A stretch of DNA of 64,000 bases, from positions 5,558-69,557 of the IMG/VR virus record IMGVR_UViG_3300042402_003062; one strand, 5' to 3'. The first letter of the stretch is position 1; each line of letters starts with the position of its first letter. The position numbers and the translations under genes were made by a program. A model generated the notes under the pieces. The model saw only the letters and a list, made by a program, of their open reading frames with translations, made no database searches and was not told the origin of the DNA. Positions 17,715 through 28,086 of the stretch are shown here, piece after piece. Origin of the DNA: a virus.

Positions 17715-18008
17715 ATGAAATTTAAAATAGGTGACTGGGTAATAGACCAATATGATAAACATTTACAACTAAATAATTCACACTTTTATGGAGTATCTTC
17801 TCGTACTCCGAATTGGTTTGATAATTTAAAACCTTGGCATCCAAAAGAAGGCGAATGGTGCTGGTTAAATAATAGTAGTTTCAAGAAACAAGCATCAGCA
17901 AAATTACATTTGATTAAATATAGCTATATATTTTTACCTGATTTTAATCAAGGAATACTAGAGCCATTTATTGGTGAACTACCATCATTTATAAGGGAAA
18001 CACAATGA
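17715..18008 (+). CDS. hypothetical protein (WxPKxGEW / EPFIGxLP family)
   Basis: FKIGDWV, WHPKEGEWCW, LEPFIGELPSF. Confidence 0.7.
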   Translation: MKFKIGDWVIDQYDKHLQLNNSHFYGVSSRTPNWFDNLKPWHPKEGEWCWLNNSSFKKQASAKLHLIKYSYIFLPDFNQGILEPFIGELPSFIRETQ

Positions 18009-18241
18009 AAACTATAGAATACTACTGCAGTCACCACTTCGATCCAGCATCAGCTGCTACTATGCTAGCTCCTGATTGGCTTGAAGCTAAGATTAATGCA
18101 GCACACCTTACAATCACAGACTTATTATTCATTGACTATATGCACCGTGACAACGGACGTATAGGTAAGATATCTAAAGCTGTTAAACACTGGATGAAAC
18201 TCCTCGATGAAATTAATGGAGTACATTCCAGTATTGACTAA
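18005..18241 (+). CDS. hypothetical protein
   Basis: ATGA overlap, 78 aa. Confidence 0.6.
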   Translation: MKTIEYYCSHHFDPASAATMLAPDWLEAKINAAHLTITDLLFIDYMHRDNGRIGKISKAVKHWMKLLDEINGVHSSID

Positions 18242-18248
18242 AACACCA

Positions 18249-18625
18249 TGTTACTGATTATGACTAGAGAGAGTAACAGTCGTTGGAGAGTCATAGCTCG
18301 TGAACGATACGTTGGATGTGATATTCCTCAAGTAGAGTACGTCATTGGTAGTTGTCTTAATTGACTACATCAAAGCTCTACCCGTTACTGCTAATAACGG
18401 CCTTCTTTTGTCTACATTCTAGATACCTTCTGTCCAATACTAACAGACACAATAAGTATTACTACGCTACGTCACTGCATGCACACGTAGCTTGTGTTGT
18501 CTTAAACTCAATTAATACATACACACCTGTCTAATCCGCCATTCTATATGTCTGAATAGCTTAATACAGAACAAAGCGCTGGTCGTCACTGACTAGAGAT
18601 GAGGTGCAATTCCTCTGACGACACC
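18249..18625 (+). ncRNA. structured non-coding RNA ending in a tRNA-like minihelix
   Basis: Pseudoknot at 18249-18295, several hairpins, and GTCGTCA/TGACGAC plus GAGG-TGCAATT-CCTC at 18582-18622. Confidence 0.45.
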
Positions 18626-18658
18626 TAACAAACATCACACAATATCATAAGGACTCAA

Positions 18659-19840
18659 ATGAACCAACAAGAATTAACCATTATCACAAACAACATCAAA
18701 GGTCAAATCACAGACAAGCTAATCGCTCCTTTGTGTATAGCTGGAGCACCTGGAACAGGTAAATCTACTCAAATTCGTCTCATCGCAGAAGAACTTCGAA
18801 TGAACCTAATCACTCAGTCAGCGCCATGTTTAACCGTGGAATCCCTCAGCGGCTTACCAAACGAGTACGCAGCACCGCAGTATCAAGCATTTGCTATTGA
18901 TGGAGCACCCCCTCAAGCAACAGCTTGGTCTATTCCGGAACTCATTGCCGCAACACTTCGCGCAGCATCTGAAAAGCCTACCATCTTGCTTTTAGATGAT
19001 TTCCATATGGTTCCTCCACACCTTCAGGCGTACTTTTACAGCCTCCTACTCGAACGTCGTCTCGGTAACTATCGTCTCGCAGACAATGTAGCAATCATTC
19101 TTACCATGAATGACTCAGAACTCGCAGGATTTTCCGGTATTTCATCACCAGTACGTAATCGTTTATCTATCCTACCTATCGAATTTAACTTCGAGCATTG
19201 GTTAAACACATTTGGTAATCGTCTGCACTACTTGGTGGCCTCATTTCTTCGTGCCAAACCCCACTTTTGTATTGAGCCAGAAACTACTTCTGTTGAGGGA
19301 TTTGCTTCAGCTCGTGCTTGGACATCGATTGCAGCTGAATTATCAGTACACACCGATGACTTCCTACAAGCTAACGCAAAACGCATCGCAGGTATGCAAG
19401 TATCACACAGTGCCGCTCAAGCATTTCAAACTCATGTCAACTACGTAGGAGCAATCGACTTTACAAAAACAGTAACATCCCGTACGCTAGTTGATCTAGC
19501 TAAACAAGATCCACTTGACTCAATCATTTACGCGTATATCACAAATTTCATTAATACAGTGGATGATGGGTTATACCTATTTGATCTTCTAACAACCAAC
19601 AAAAACCAATCAGTATTCGTTGGCTTTATCTTTGGAGAACTGTACACAAAGTACATCAACGTCTCTGCAGATCATCCATTATCCGATGGACTTTTATTTG
19701 TCATTGATAAGCTTCTTAACATGCCTATGGAACACTCAAAGTACGCGCACACATCAAAAGAAAAACTCACTAAAGTCTTCGCAGAAGAAATTCCAAACCG
19801 CTCACATTTCATGGGCATAGCTCAGGAATACCTGCTTTAA
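18659..19840 (+). CDS. MoxR-like AAA+ ATPase
   Basis: GAPGTGKS, ILLLDD, SSPVRNR, SARAW. Confidence 0.85.
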   Translation: MNQQELTIITNNIKGQITDKLIAPLCIAGAPGTGKSTQIRLIAEELRMNLITQSAPCLTVESLSGLPNEYAAPQYQAFAIDGAPPQATAWSIPELIAATLRAASEKPTILLLDDFHMVPPHLQAYFYSLLLERRLGNYRLADNVAIILTMNDSELAGFSGISSPVRNRLSILPIEFNFEHWLNTFGNRLHYLVASFLRAKPHFCIEPETTSVEGFASARAWTSIAAELSVHTDDFLQANAKRIAGMQVSHSAAQAFQTHVNYVGAIDFTKTVTSRTLVDLAKQDPLDSIIYAYITNFINTVDDGLYLFDLLTTNKNQSVFVGFIFGELYTKYINVSADHPLSDGLLFVIDKLLNMPMEHSKYAHTSKEKLTKVFAEEIPNRSHFMGIAQEYLL

Positions 19841-19854
19841 GGAAACTTTAAGAA

Positions 19855-20374
19855 ATGGCGTTATACAACCTTCAAGACGTTCTCCCACTAGGAGTACTAA
19901 CAGGCTCTCGCGCATTTAACTGTGCCACAGCTGAGTCTTGACTGGGACATTGTTATATTGCGTCGTCACTGTCCAGTATTAACTGAAGAAGCAATAGAAA
20001 TTATCAGCAATACTAATTTTATTGATGATAGTTTAGATATTAAAGAATACTATGATGACGAATCAAATACTACTTTTTCAATTGCCGGATATGATTTGTC
20101 TGATCACCCAGAATTTGAGGACGAGCCATTCATTGGGTATGATAAACCAACAATTTGGGGCCCTCTACTACAAATTATCAAGTATGTAGATGACTACGAT
20201 AACATCATAAATTTATTTGTTTATGAGGGGAAGGATGCTATAATACTGGATAAGTTTAAGGAACTAAATCAACTCATGGTATTTCTTTACAGCCACACAA
20301 ATCACGACAAACAGGCACGTATCGAATCATTCATAAAACTCTGTGCCAATTGTAAAATCACAGATCACACATAA
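19855..20374 (+). pseudogene. nucleotidyltransferase-fold protein split by a +1 frameshift
   Basis: ATG 19855 gives ...LTGSRAFNCATAES* (TGA 19939-19941). The +1 frame continues DWDIVI, completing a GS...SDxD motif. Confidence 0.65.
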
Positions 20375-20384
20375 GGAGTCTTAA

Positions 20385-21800
20385 ATGACTAAACCAGAAT
20401 TTCTATACGAAGCAAAGTCTTTTATTTTTAAAGAAGTTGCTAAATCTACCAACCAATTAGTCGGGCAAAGCAAAACCTCATCAATGATCGCAAATTTATT
20501 TGTCAATCTACCAATCACAGTTGAAGCCCGCTTCATCGAAGATCTACCAAAGCCAACAAAACAACTCAACCAACTGGAAGAATTTGTTACGGCTTACCTT
20601 AAACACGATGATACTTCTAAAGTAGTCATTGCATTTTTCTATTCATCTGAAAAACACCTTACAAAAATCATGAAACGTATCGAAAAGTTTCCACTTTACT
20701 TTGCATACTTGTACATGCGTGAAGCCCTAAAAGTAACACGACTTATGAACACTGCAACTCATTACCGCATGATGTCAAATATCATCAAACATCATAAACC
20801 TAGCCTATCACCAACTGAGCACTATCGCTACAGCATCATGGCAAACGAATATGTTGTCAACGCAACACTTACAAAATTGTTTGCTGCGTCAGCAATTCAG
20901 TCTAAGTTATCTGACATCCTTACCCACCAACGTTACAAAACGGAATGGGAAACTTTGTCTGAAATGGACATTCTTGTTGAACTTTTAAAATCTGCTGAAG
21001 TATCAAACACAACGATATTCGACGGATTCATGTTTGATGAAAGCAACGGGTTACTTGCTCCAGAACAAACTGAATGGGATCGTACTATCAACACCAATGA
21101 GTCAATCATCACAGATCTTGGGGAATCAGTTACAAACGCACTTGCTTCAGCATCTCGCGGAACTGGTACAGAATCAATCTTCGAAGCAGCATTTGCAGCA
21201 AAGAAAGTAAAAACTGGATGGTTCAAAAAACTCAGCGCTAAGTTTAGCAAAGACGTTTTCCACACAACAAGCTCATTCCGTTCAGAATGGTCTAGCCTAA
21301 ACATCGTATACCGTCATAAGTTTAAATCTCCAAAACACACGTTTGAAGATCACAAACTTTCAGTCATCTTGTCAATCGATCACTCCGGTTCAGTATCGAC
21401 CGATGGTTTGCAAAAGCTATTTTATCTGTTCACAAAACACTCCAAATCAATCGCAGACTTGCACATTCTTATCCATGATACGGAAATTGTTAAAGAGTTC
21501 CATATCAAATCGGACTATGACATCGCAACTCAGCCAGAATTTACACAAGCACTTGGTAATCGTATTGCCTGTGGTGGAACAAGTCACTTTAAAGTATTTG
21601 AACGTATCTCAGATATGATCAAAACTAAAATAGTTGATCCAGAAAAAACGTTGTACATTTCATTCAGTGACAATTACAGCGATATCCAAGCATCTTGGAG
21701 TAAGCTTCCAATCATGCGAAAACTTTACACAACTATCTTCCTAGCTCCAGTTGATAACCCTATGGCAATCACTGGAACTATGGACATTGCAATGAGCTAA
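20385..21800 (+). CDS. vWA-domain protein (DUF2201-like partner of the AAA ATPase)
   Basis: MIDAS motif IDHSGS, plus HDTEI, GGTS and FSD. Confidence 0.75.
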   Translation: MTKPEFLYEAKSFIFKEVAKSTNQLVGQSKTSSMIANLFVNLPITVEARFIEDLPKPTKQLNQLEEFVTAYLKHDDTSKVVIAFFYSSEKHLTKIMKRIEKFPLYFAYLYMREALKVTRLMNTATHYRMMSNIIKHHKPSLSPTEHYRYSIMANEYVVNATLTKLFAASAIQSKLSDILTHQRYKTEWETLSEMDILVELLKSAEVSNTTIFDGFMFDESNGLLAPEQTEWDRTINTNESIITDLGESVTNALASASRGTGTESIFEAAFAAKKVKTGWFKKLSAKFSKDVFHTTSSFRSEWSSLNIVYRHKFKSPKHTFEDHKLSVILSIDHSGSVSTDGLQKLFYLFTKHSKSIADLHILIHDTEIVKEFHIKSDYDIATQPEFTQALGNRIACGGTSHFKVFERISDMIKTKIVDPEKTLYISFSDNYSDIQASWSKLPIMRKLYTTIFLAPVDNPMAITGTMDIAMS

Positions 21801-21835
21801 GGATTTTTCCTTAGCTCCACTCTAAGGACTTAATT

Positions 21836-22798
21836 ATGATCAACCCTATCACAGTAGCACAAGCAATTAACAAACTCAAACCAGATCTAAAAGAATTCTG
21901 GGAAGAACTTGAAGCATCTAGCAACTATCAGTCACTTGAAGGATTTAACCCAGTTTCAGATTTGGATAAATTCAAAATGGAACTCCGTATAATCTACCTT
22001 CAACTACACTCTCAACGATACCTATCTTCACGTATGAAAATCCCAGCTTTTGACTATATTAGCTACACCAAAACCATGCAACTACCGAATCAAAAAACTA
22101 TAGGTTTACCTAAAGAATTTATTCTCGGTCATGTAGAAAATCCTGGGCAGTACCTAAACAAGTATCTCCGTACTAAGTTAGAACTCACAGCAGGAACCAA
22201 ACGCGCTCCAACCGCAGTATCATCCAACCTTCAAGCTAATGCATTTTCTTTACAACTCTTTGATCAAGCACTTGCTAAACAGAAAAAAGTATCATCTGCT
22301 GACGCTATCAAGTACTTTGAACAAATCAAAAAATTTCCTGAGCCAATATTCACACAGTTTCTGGACACGATTTGTAAATATCTACCAGAACCTTCACAAA
22401 AATTTCAAGATACGTTAGCAAATTCTAGTACACTAACAACATTGCATCAAGCTACACCTAATACTACGTACATACGTTTGCAGCGTTGGCATATACGACA
22501 TATTGCTAGTCAATTCGTGGTGCCATTGCTTTCTGCATCTTTTGGAGAAACAGATTCTGCTTTTGTACCATTTATTTGTGGTATTCCTCGAAAACCAACA
22601 CCTACCCAAGCAGAAGTGGATGCTCTTGTGCAAACTGTTATTGTTATCGGTGCATCTAATAATCCAGCAAAAGAGTACATCATTTCTTGTCTCAAAACTC
22701 ATTTAGCCCATCCGGCATATAAAGAGTATTACGCTGCCACACGCAAAGCTTTATTAAGTAATGCACAAATAACAATTGACTTACTTAAGGACGTATAA
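21836..22798 (+). CDS. hypothetical protein
   Basis: 320 aa, TAAGGA RBS. Confidence 0.7.
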   Translation: MINPITVAQAINKLKPDLKEFWEELEASSNYQSLEGFNPVSDLDKFKMELRIIYLQLHSQRYLSSRMKIPAFDYISYTKTMQLPNQKTIGLPKEFILGHVENPGQYLNKYLRTKLELTAGTKRAPTAVSSNLQANAFSLQLFDQALAKQKKVSSADAIKYFEQIKKFPEPIFTQFLDTICKYLPEPSQKFQDTLANSSTLTTLHQATPNTTYIRLQRWHIRHIASQFVVPLLSASFGETDSAFVPFICGIPRKPTPTQAEVDALVQTVIVIGASNNPAKEYIISCLKTHLAHPAYKEYYAATRKALLSNAQITIDLLKDV

Positions 22799-23472
22799 TG
22801 AATGAATTTCAATACCAACTCATGCTGCAAAAAATTGACGATTGTAAGTACTTAAAAGATCTAAAAACTCTTATTTATGGGCTACCTCTAAACGCATATA
22901 ACTTTAACTCCAGTAATATCCAAATAGAAATTTATAAGTATAAACTATTTGCAAAAGCTTTTACAAAGTTTCGAACTGAGTCTAAAAGTATTTTACCTGA
23001 CAAGTTTTATGAACGTCGAGTATATGTGCAAAACAGACTTATTAATTATATTACAACAGAAGAATCATTAGTAGACAGAAAGCAATTTCTCTCACTTTTT
23101 GAATATGACGACCATGTTCAAGTCCCTTCACTCAGTGATACACAAGTAAAAGCGCTAACATACATTATCGGTAATGAGATAGTACCTTTTGACATGCACA
23201 CAAGCATTCGCTCATCCTCATTAGAACCAAGTAGTCTATTCCGTTTATATACTAAGGTAGATAGCACATATATACTTGAAACTTGGATCCGTTTTTATAC
23301 TATACCAAGAGATCATATTTTGGTTAAATTACTACAACGTCAATTTTTAGCTGAACATAACCCTACAGTATTTGCCACAGAAGCTGAAAAATTAGCAACT
23401 CATAAGATATTGTTACAGCATGCTATCGACGCAATTGATGCACTAGACGGAAAATTTTATGAGCAACAGTGA
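22798..23472 (+). CDS. hypothetical protein
   Basis: 224 aa, TAATG overlap. Confidence 0.65.
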   Translation: MNEFQYQLMLQKIDDCKYLKDLKTLIYGLPLNAYNFNSSNIQIEIYKYKLFAKAFTKFRTESKSILPDKFYERRVYVQNRLINYITTEESLVDRKQFLSLFEYDDHVQVPSLSDTQVKALTYIIGNEIVPFDMHTSIRSSSLEPSSLFRLYTKVDSTYILETWIRFYTIPRDHILVKLLQRQFLAEHNPTVFATEAEKLATHKILLQHAIDAIDALDGKFYEQQ

Positions 23473-23953
23473 ATCAACTCTTCAGATGACAACAGTCTCA
23501 ATGGTTAATCAGCTTTACCCAAGCTTATTACTAAATCTTTCTCTAAATGGTGTGACTCTACTTGGATCACCAACACAAAAAGCTCAGATCATTCAGCAAG
23601 CTCGTCGTGAAGGGCTTACTCCAGGCATTCCAGATCTGTTGGTATATTTACCAGAAGGCAAAGTTCTTAACTGGGAGTTCAAACGTCCTAAAGGCGGAGT
23701 TCAATCGCAGGAACAACTCAATATCCAGCAACAACTCACTAACCTTGGACATCACTACGAAATCATCCGCTCCACTGAAGCAGCATTTGTTTCTATTACT
23801 GCACACACAACAGAAGTATTTCGCCAAGCACAGTATGACTCTATCAAACCGAAGTCTATAAATGAACGCACCATAGAAAAATTCCAGCATTGGCCAGTTG
23901 GTACTCATATTGCTCCAATCCTGATCAATCTGCAAAAACTCTATGGTCTATAG
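23459..23953 (+). CDS. VRR-NUC nuclease
   Basis: GLTPGIPDL...WEFKRPKGGVQSQEQ. Confidence 0.85.
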   Translation: MSNSESTLQMTTVSMVNQLYPSLLLNLSLNGVTLLGSPTQKAQIIQQARREGLTPGIPDLLVYLPEGKVLNWEFKRPKGGVQSQEQLNIQQQLTNLGHHYEIIRSTEAAFVSITAHTTEVFRQAQYDSIKPKSINERTIEKFQHWPVGTHIAPILINLQKLYGL

Positions 23954-24257
23954 CGGATAAGAGCCACACTATATCGTTAAGATCATGGGGCCGGCAGCCT
24001 AAAGCTACCAAAAGTTTTAAACTCTTGAACTAATTGAGCCCATTTTTATGGGTTCTATTTAGTTTAACTTTTACACTCACTGGAGCATCGAATGAAAACT
24101 ATAAACGGAACAAAAATCCAACAAATTAATGGTAAGTTTCATGTAGTATTACTTAAACATCGCACAGTTACACATACTTACAAAATATTTGACACATTTC
24201 AAGAAGCAGCTCACTATAAACGATATACACTCCACATCACTATTTAAGGACTCAATT

Positions 24258-24767
24258 ATGTCAATTGGATACTATGACTACGCAGGATTATGCAGAAATT
24301 TTTTATACCCAAATCAATTATCTGGTAAAACTGCAGAAAATCGAATGTCTTTTCGAGCTAGAACTATATACTCTTACAGTTCAGTCTTAGCAGAATTTGA
24401 TACTGCTAACAATATACTTTGGGTTAACAAACATATTGCAAACTATTCTAACACAAGCCGTAAACACGCAAACGCATTGTACACCGCAGCTAAAGGATTA
24501 CGCAACAGTCCAGAAATAATGCAAACTGATCTTGATCAAACACCTATCCAAAATCTTAACCAGTACTGGGAAGATATACAAACCGATACTGCTTCTTATC
24601 TAAGAGCACGTACTCGTAAAGAACAGCTCAAAGGGATCATTCATGCAACATACCAAGAAGCCCTTAGATACGCAGATATTAAATGCATTGATAAACGTTT
24701 AGCTGTATACAAACACAAAAATGTAATATTCGCAAAACTCATGGAACACAAATTACTTTACCGGTAA
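24258..24767 (+). CDS. hypothetical protein
   Basis: TAAGGA RBS before ATG 24258. Confidence 0.65.
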   Translation: MSIGYYDYAGLCRNFLYPNQLSGKTAENRMSFRARTIYSYSSVLAEFDTANNILWVNKHIANYSNTSRKHANALYTAAKGLRNSPEIMQTDLDQTPIQNLNQYWEDIQTDTASYLRARTRKEQLKGIIHATYQEALRYADIKCIDKRLAVYKHKNVIFAKLMEHKLLYR

Positions 24768-24817
24768 AAATAAGGTAGACAATAAAACAATTTACACAAA
24801 ATTTTAAAGGAGCAACA

Positions 24818-26659
24818 ATGCAGTCTAGACCATATCAAACTTCAGCAGTTGAGCAAATCCAGTTGCATAAAGCTAATCTCATCATTTCACCCCAGCGTTC
24901 TGGTAAGTCCTTTATGATGGAATTAGCAATTGATACCCATCAGTTCCGCAAGGTATTGATCATTGTTGGTTTCCGCAAAATTGTCACCCAACTAGCAAGT
25001 TACTTCCCAAATGATCACACATTTATCCTTGCAGGAAAACAATATGATCACAACAACCGAGTTCATCTTGCCAGTTTCCAAACATTCGCCAACCGGGATA
25101 TTCAGCTTGACCAATACGACTGCATCATCATTGACGAGTTCCATTCACGAACCTCTCAAGCAGTTTATGAACTAGTCAACCAACCAGACTGCACCAAGCT
25201 TTTATTCACAGGAACCCCATTAACAAACTCAAATAAGCTAATCACCAAAGGAATTGATCATTATATTCAGCCAACCTCCGTAAAGGAGTTACTGGATAAT
25301 AACTGGCTAGCACCAACACGATTCATGTCTAACTCAAATATATTGGGGGATCACGCAGCTGAACTACAAACTAACAAAACTGATTTTGATGAGTCAATGG
25401 TTCGTCAAATCATCAAAAAAGAGGACTTACTTCAGAATGTACTTAACCTCATCATCGAGCATGACCTTGACACACAGCATAAAGCAGTTGTATACGTAAA
25501 CTTTATTGCTACAGCAGACGAGTTATATGAGCTCATCAAACATCGCACAAACGTCTTTATTGTTCACTCTAAACTTACTTCAGCCCAGCAAGAAACAGCT
25601 CTCACACAGTACGAACAAGCTCAATCAGCAATCCTTATCAACGTCAGAGCCCTTTCTCTTGGGTGGGATTCTCCAACCACTGATACAATCATTTATGCAA
25701 TGTTTACAAAAATTCATTCACTTGCATTGCAAATTATGTGGCGCGCATCAACAATCAATCCAGCCAATCCGCACAAAGTAGCAACAGTCTACGATCTTGT
25801 GGGACAATTAGCAATAATCAACCCTTACACAGATTTCAAAGCTTACTCCAAAAAGAAATCTTGCAGAGACTTATGTAATGAACAGTATGCCAACAGTCCT
25901 ATGGAACACTACTTCTGTATGGAAGCATGCGCAGGTGAACCAATTCTTATCAAGTGTAATGGAGAACTTGCTTATTCACACCAATCTAATCCATTTATTT
26001 CAAACTTTCAAGTAACAGCTGGTGTGCCTTGCCAACAATCTCGCCCAAGTTGGGAGTTTCAATTCAAACAAACTGATAACGGTATAGGATCGATCACTAA
26101 GTGGTCTAAATGCTCATGTGGCACAACAACTCGCTACGATGTACAAACACTTGCAGAACCATCACAAATGATCCCTGTATACGACGATTCAATCCGTCGG
26201 AACACTGTGACAATCGTATACTCACAAGCTCACAAAAAAGCTCTGGCACTGTTTGATGATGTATCTAAACCACGTTACAAAATTCTTATGTTTAATTCAT
26301 CAGAGGAATTATATACTCAAGCTTGTACATTTTTCCGTCCACAACAATTCCAAATCATCTCTAACCGTGCCCTACCTAAATTACCTAATGTCGCAGTCAA
26401 CAAACAACTTGACGCAGCAATGGATCTAATCTCATGGGAATCGCAGAACACTGGGTTTGTTAGGAAGTTAATCCGCATGAAATTTGAGCACATAGTAAAC
26501 TTTTTCGGACTAAAATCAGGTATGGTATTTTACGTAATGAAAGCAGTTACTACGGATAATGAAAAATCCATTCTTGCACATTTAAGCAACACAACATTTG
26601 AACGTACAGATTTTATCCGATATTGCACAAAACTACAAAATACTATTAAGGAGAAATAA
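24818..26659 (+). CDS. superfamily 2 DNA helicase
   Basis: RPYQ, RSGKS, DEFH, TGTP and LGWDSP motifs; Cys-rich C-terminal part. Confidence 0.88.
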   Translation: MQSRPYQTSAVEQIQLHKANLIISPQRSGKSFMMELAIDTHQFRKVLIIVGFRKIVTQLASYFPNDHTFILAGKQYDHNNRVHLASFQTFANRDIQLDQYDCIIIDEFHSRTSQAVYELVNQPDCTKLLFTGTPLTNSNKLITKGIDHYIQPTSVKELLDNNWLAPTRFMSNSNILGDHAAELQTNKTDFDESMVRQIIKKEDLLQNVLNLIIEHDLDTQHKAVVYVNFIATADELYELIKHRTNVFIVHSKLTSAQQETALTQYEQAQSAILINVRALSLGWDSPTTDTIIYAMFTKIHSLALQIMWRASTINPANPHKVATVYDLVGQLAIINPYTDFKAYSKKKSCRDLCNEQYANSPMEHYFCMEACAGEPILIKCNGELAYSHQSNPFISNFQVTAGVPCQQSRPSWEFQFKQTDNGIGSITKWSKCSCGTTTRYDVQTLAEPSQMIPVYDDSIRRNTVTIVYSQAHKKALALFDDVSKPRYKILMFNSSEELYTQACTFFRPQQFQIISNRALPKLPNVAVNKQLDAAMDLISWESQNTGFVRKLIRMKFEHIVNFFGLKSGMVFYVMKAVTTDNEKSILAHLSNTTFERTDFIRYCTKLQNTIKEK

Positions 26660-26714
26660 TTCAGATGCTACAGCAATGGATTGCTACTCCAACAATCACA
26701 CAAAAGGAATCAGA

Positions 26715-27677
26715 ATGAGCACCCTTCTACAAGCTTCACAGTCCGCTACTGATATTATTATCAAAGGCCAAACATTTACAAATAACGGAAATCTCCCAAA
26801 AGAACTTGGAATCTTCGCAGCATACCACTCAACACTTTACTCAGGTAACCCAGCCCGTGCTGGAAAAGTTTCTACAACTGGTATCATTAGCCCACTGCGT
26901 AAACTCCTTCTAGCAATTAAGCACCCTGAGCAACCAGCTAAAGACGTGGCTGATCTCATGGCGTCATCTAAAGGTACAGCTATGCATGAGGGGATGACTC
27001 GTGCACTTACTACACATGATTCTGGGTATATCTGTGAAATGCGCCTTGAACGAGAGATCAATGGTTGGAAAATTTCCGGAGAATTCGACATCTTAACTCC
27101 AAACAAACAAATCAAAGATCTTAAACACGTATCCAATTACAATTTGAAATCACTTGAAGAAGATCGTTCAATCCTTGATTCAGCTTGGTCTATGGAAGAA
27201 ATGCTTACATTCGTTCCAACCTATGCTAAGTTTGTATTGCAGCTATCCATTTATCGATACCTGTTGAATGATGAAGAGATTCTCCCATACGGATCAATTC
27301 TATTCTCATTGAACAATGGCTCAGATATGGGTAAATACAAAATTGACTCAGAAGTTACATTCCCATTATTCCCTAATGACGCTGTTGAAGAATTTCTATC
27401 AAATCGTATACAAGTCCTTAAAGAGCACCTTGAAGCAGATACACTACCTTTCTGTACAGATGTTGAACGGGGTTATCGAGCAGGAGAGTGGAAACTTCAA
27501 CGTATGGGAACAACTGGAAAACTTGCTACTGTTCGTGGATCTAAATGCAACAGTGCTCTTGAACTCGCAGCATTTATTCGTTCCAGCGGAAAACCAGGGG
27601 ATATTGAGTCAATCACAGAACCTAGCTACATCATGTGTAATTACTGTAACGTACGATCCGTCTGTACCCAAGTTTAA
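26715..27677 (+). CDS. PD-(D/E)XK Cas4-like exonuclease
   Basis: GTAMH, ISGEFD...IKDLK, QLSIY and C-terminal CNYC...C. Confidence 0.8.
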   Translation: MSTLLQASQSATDIIIKGQTFTNNGNLPKELGIFAAYHSTLYSGNPARAGKVSTTGIISPLRKLLLAIKHPEQPAKDVADLMASSKGTAMHEGMTRALTTHDSGYICEMRLEREINGWKISGEFDILTPNKQIKDLKHVSNYNLKSLEEDRSILDSAWSMEEMLTFVPTYAKFVLQLSIYRYLLNDEEILPYGSILFSLNNGSDMGKYKIDSEVTFPLFPNDAVEEFLSNRIQVLKEHLEADTLPFCTDVERGYRAGEWKLQRMGTTGKLATVRGSKCNSALELAAFIRSSGKPGDIESITEPSYIMCNYCNVRSVCTQV

Positions 27678-27685
27678 TTCAAGAA

Positions 27686-27856
27686 CCGGGTAAGGAAACT
27701 ATTGACCCTCAAGCTGCACGCCTAAACTGGTAGGATTTGAAAGAGCAGATCGTAAACGACAACCAATTTTTGCTTCCGGGTATGGTCGGCTAGGAAGAGC
27801 AATCAGCTGATGGAGCACATTTAACTTTTACCAATCGGTATAGTTAATGTACTCTA
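27686..27856 (+). ncRNA. putative structured intergenic RNA
   Basis: Series of hairpins including a GAAA loop and CCTAAAC..GGTAGG. Confidence 0.35.
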
Positions 27857-27888
27857 GTGAGTTTATTTTAACATTTTAAAGGCCATAT

Positions 27889-28086
27889 ATGACAATCACA
27901 ATTGTATTAGATACAGCTGTATCAATTCCAATCACTATTACTATTATCTCATTCTTCTGGGCTATAGTCCTTGTAGGAAGAGATGATAGAGGAGGTATGT
28001 TCTCAGGACTAGAGAATCTTCTAGCTTGTGTACCTGCCAGTATCATATCTATGATCGCCTGGATCATATACGCTACTTTTAAATAA
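27889..28086 (+). CDS. small two-TM membrane protein
   Basis: Two hydrophobic segments. Confidence 0.55.
   Translation: MTITIVLDTAVSIPITITIISFFWAIVLVGRDDRGGMFSGLENLLACVPASIISMIAWIIYATFK

Noticed and set aside
19936-19942. prfB-type programmed +1 frameshift
   Set aside because: The codon before TGA is TCT rather than CTT, re-pairing would be poor, and there is no Shine-Dalgarno sequence 3 nt upstream.
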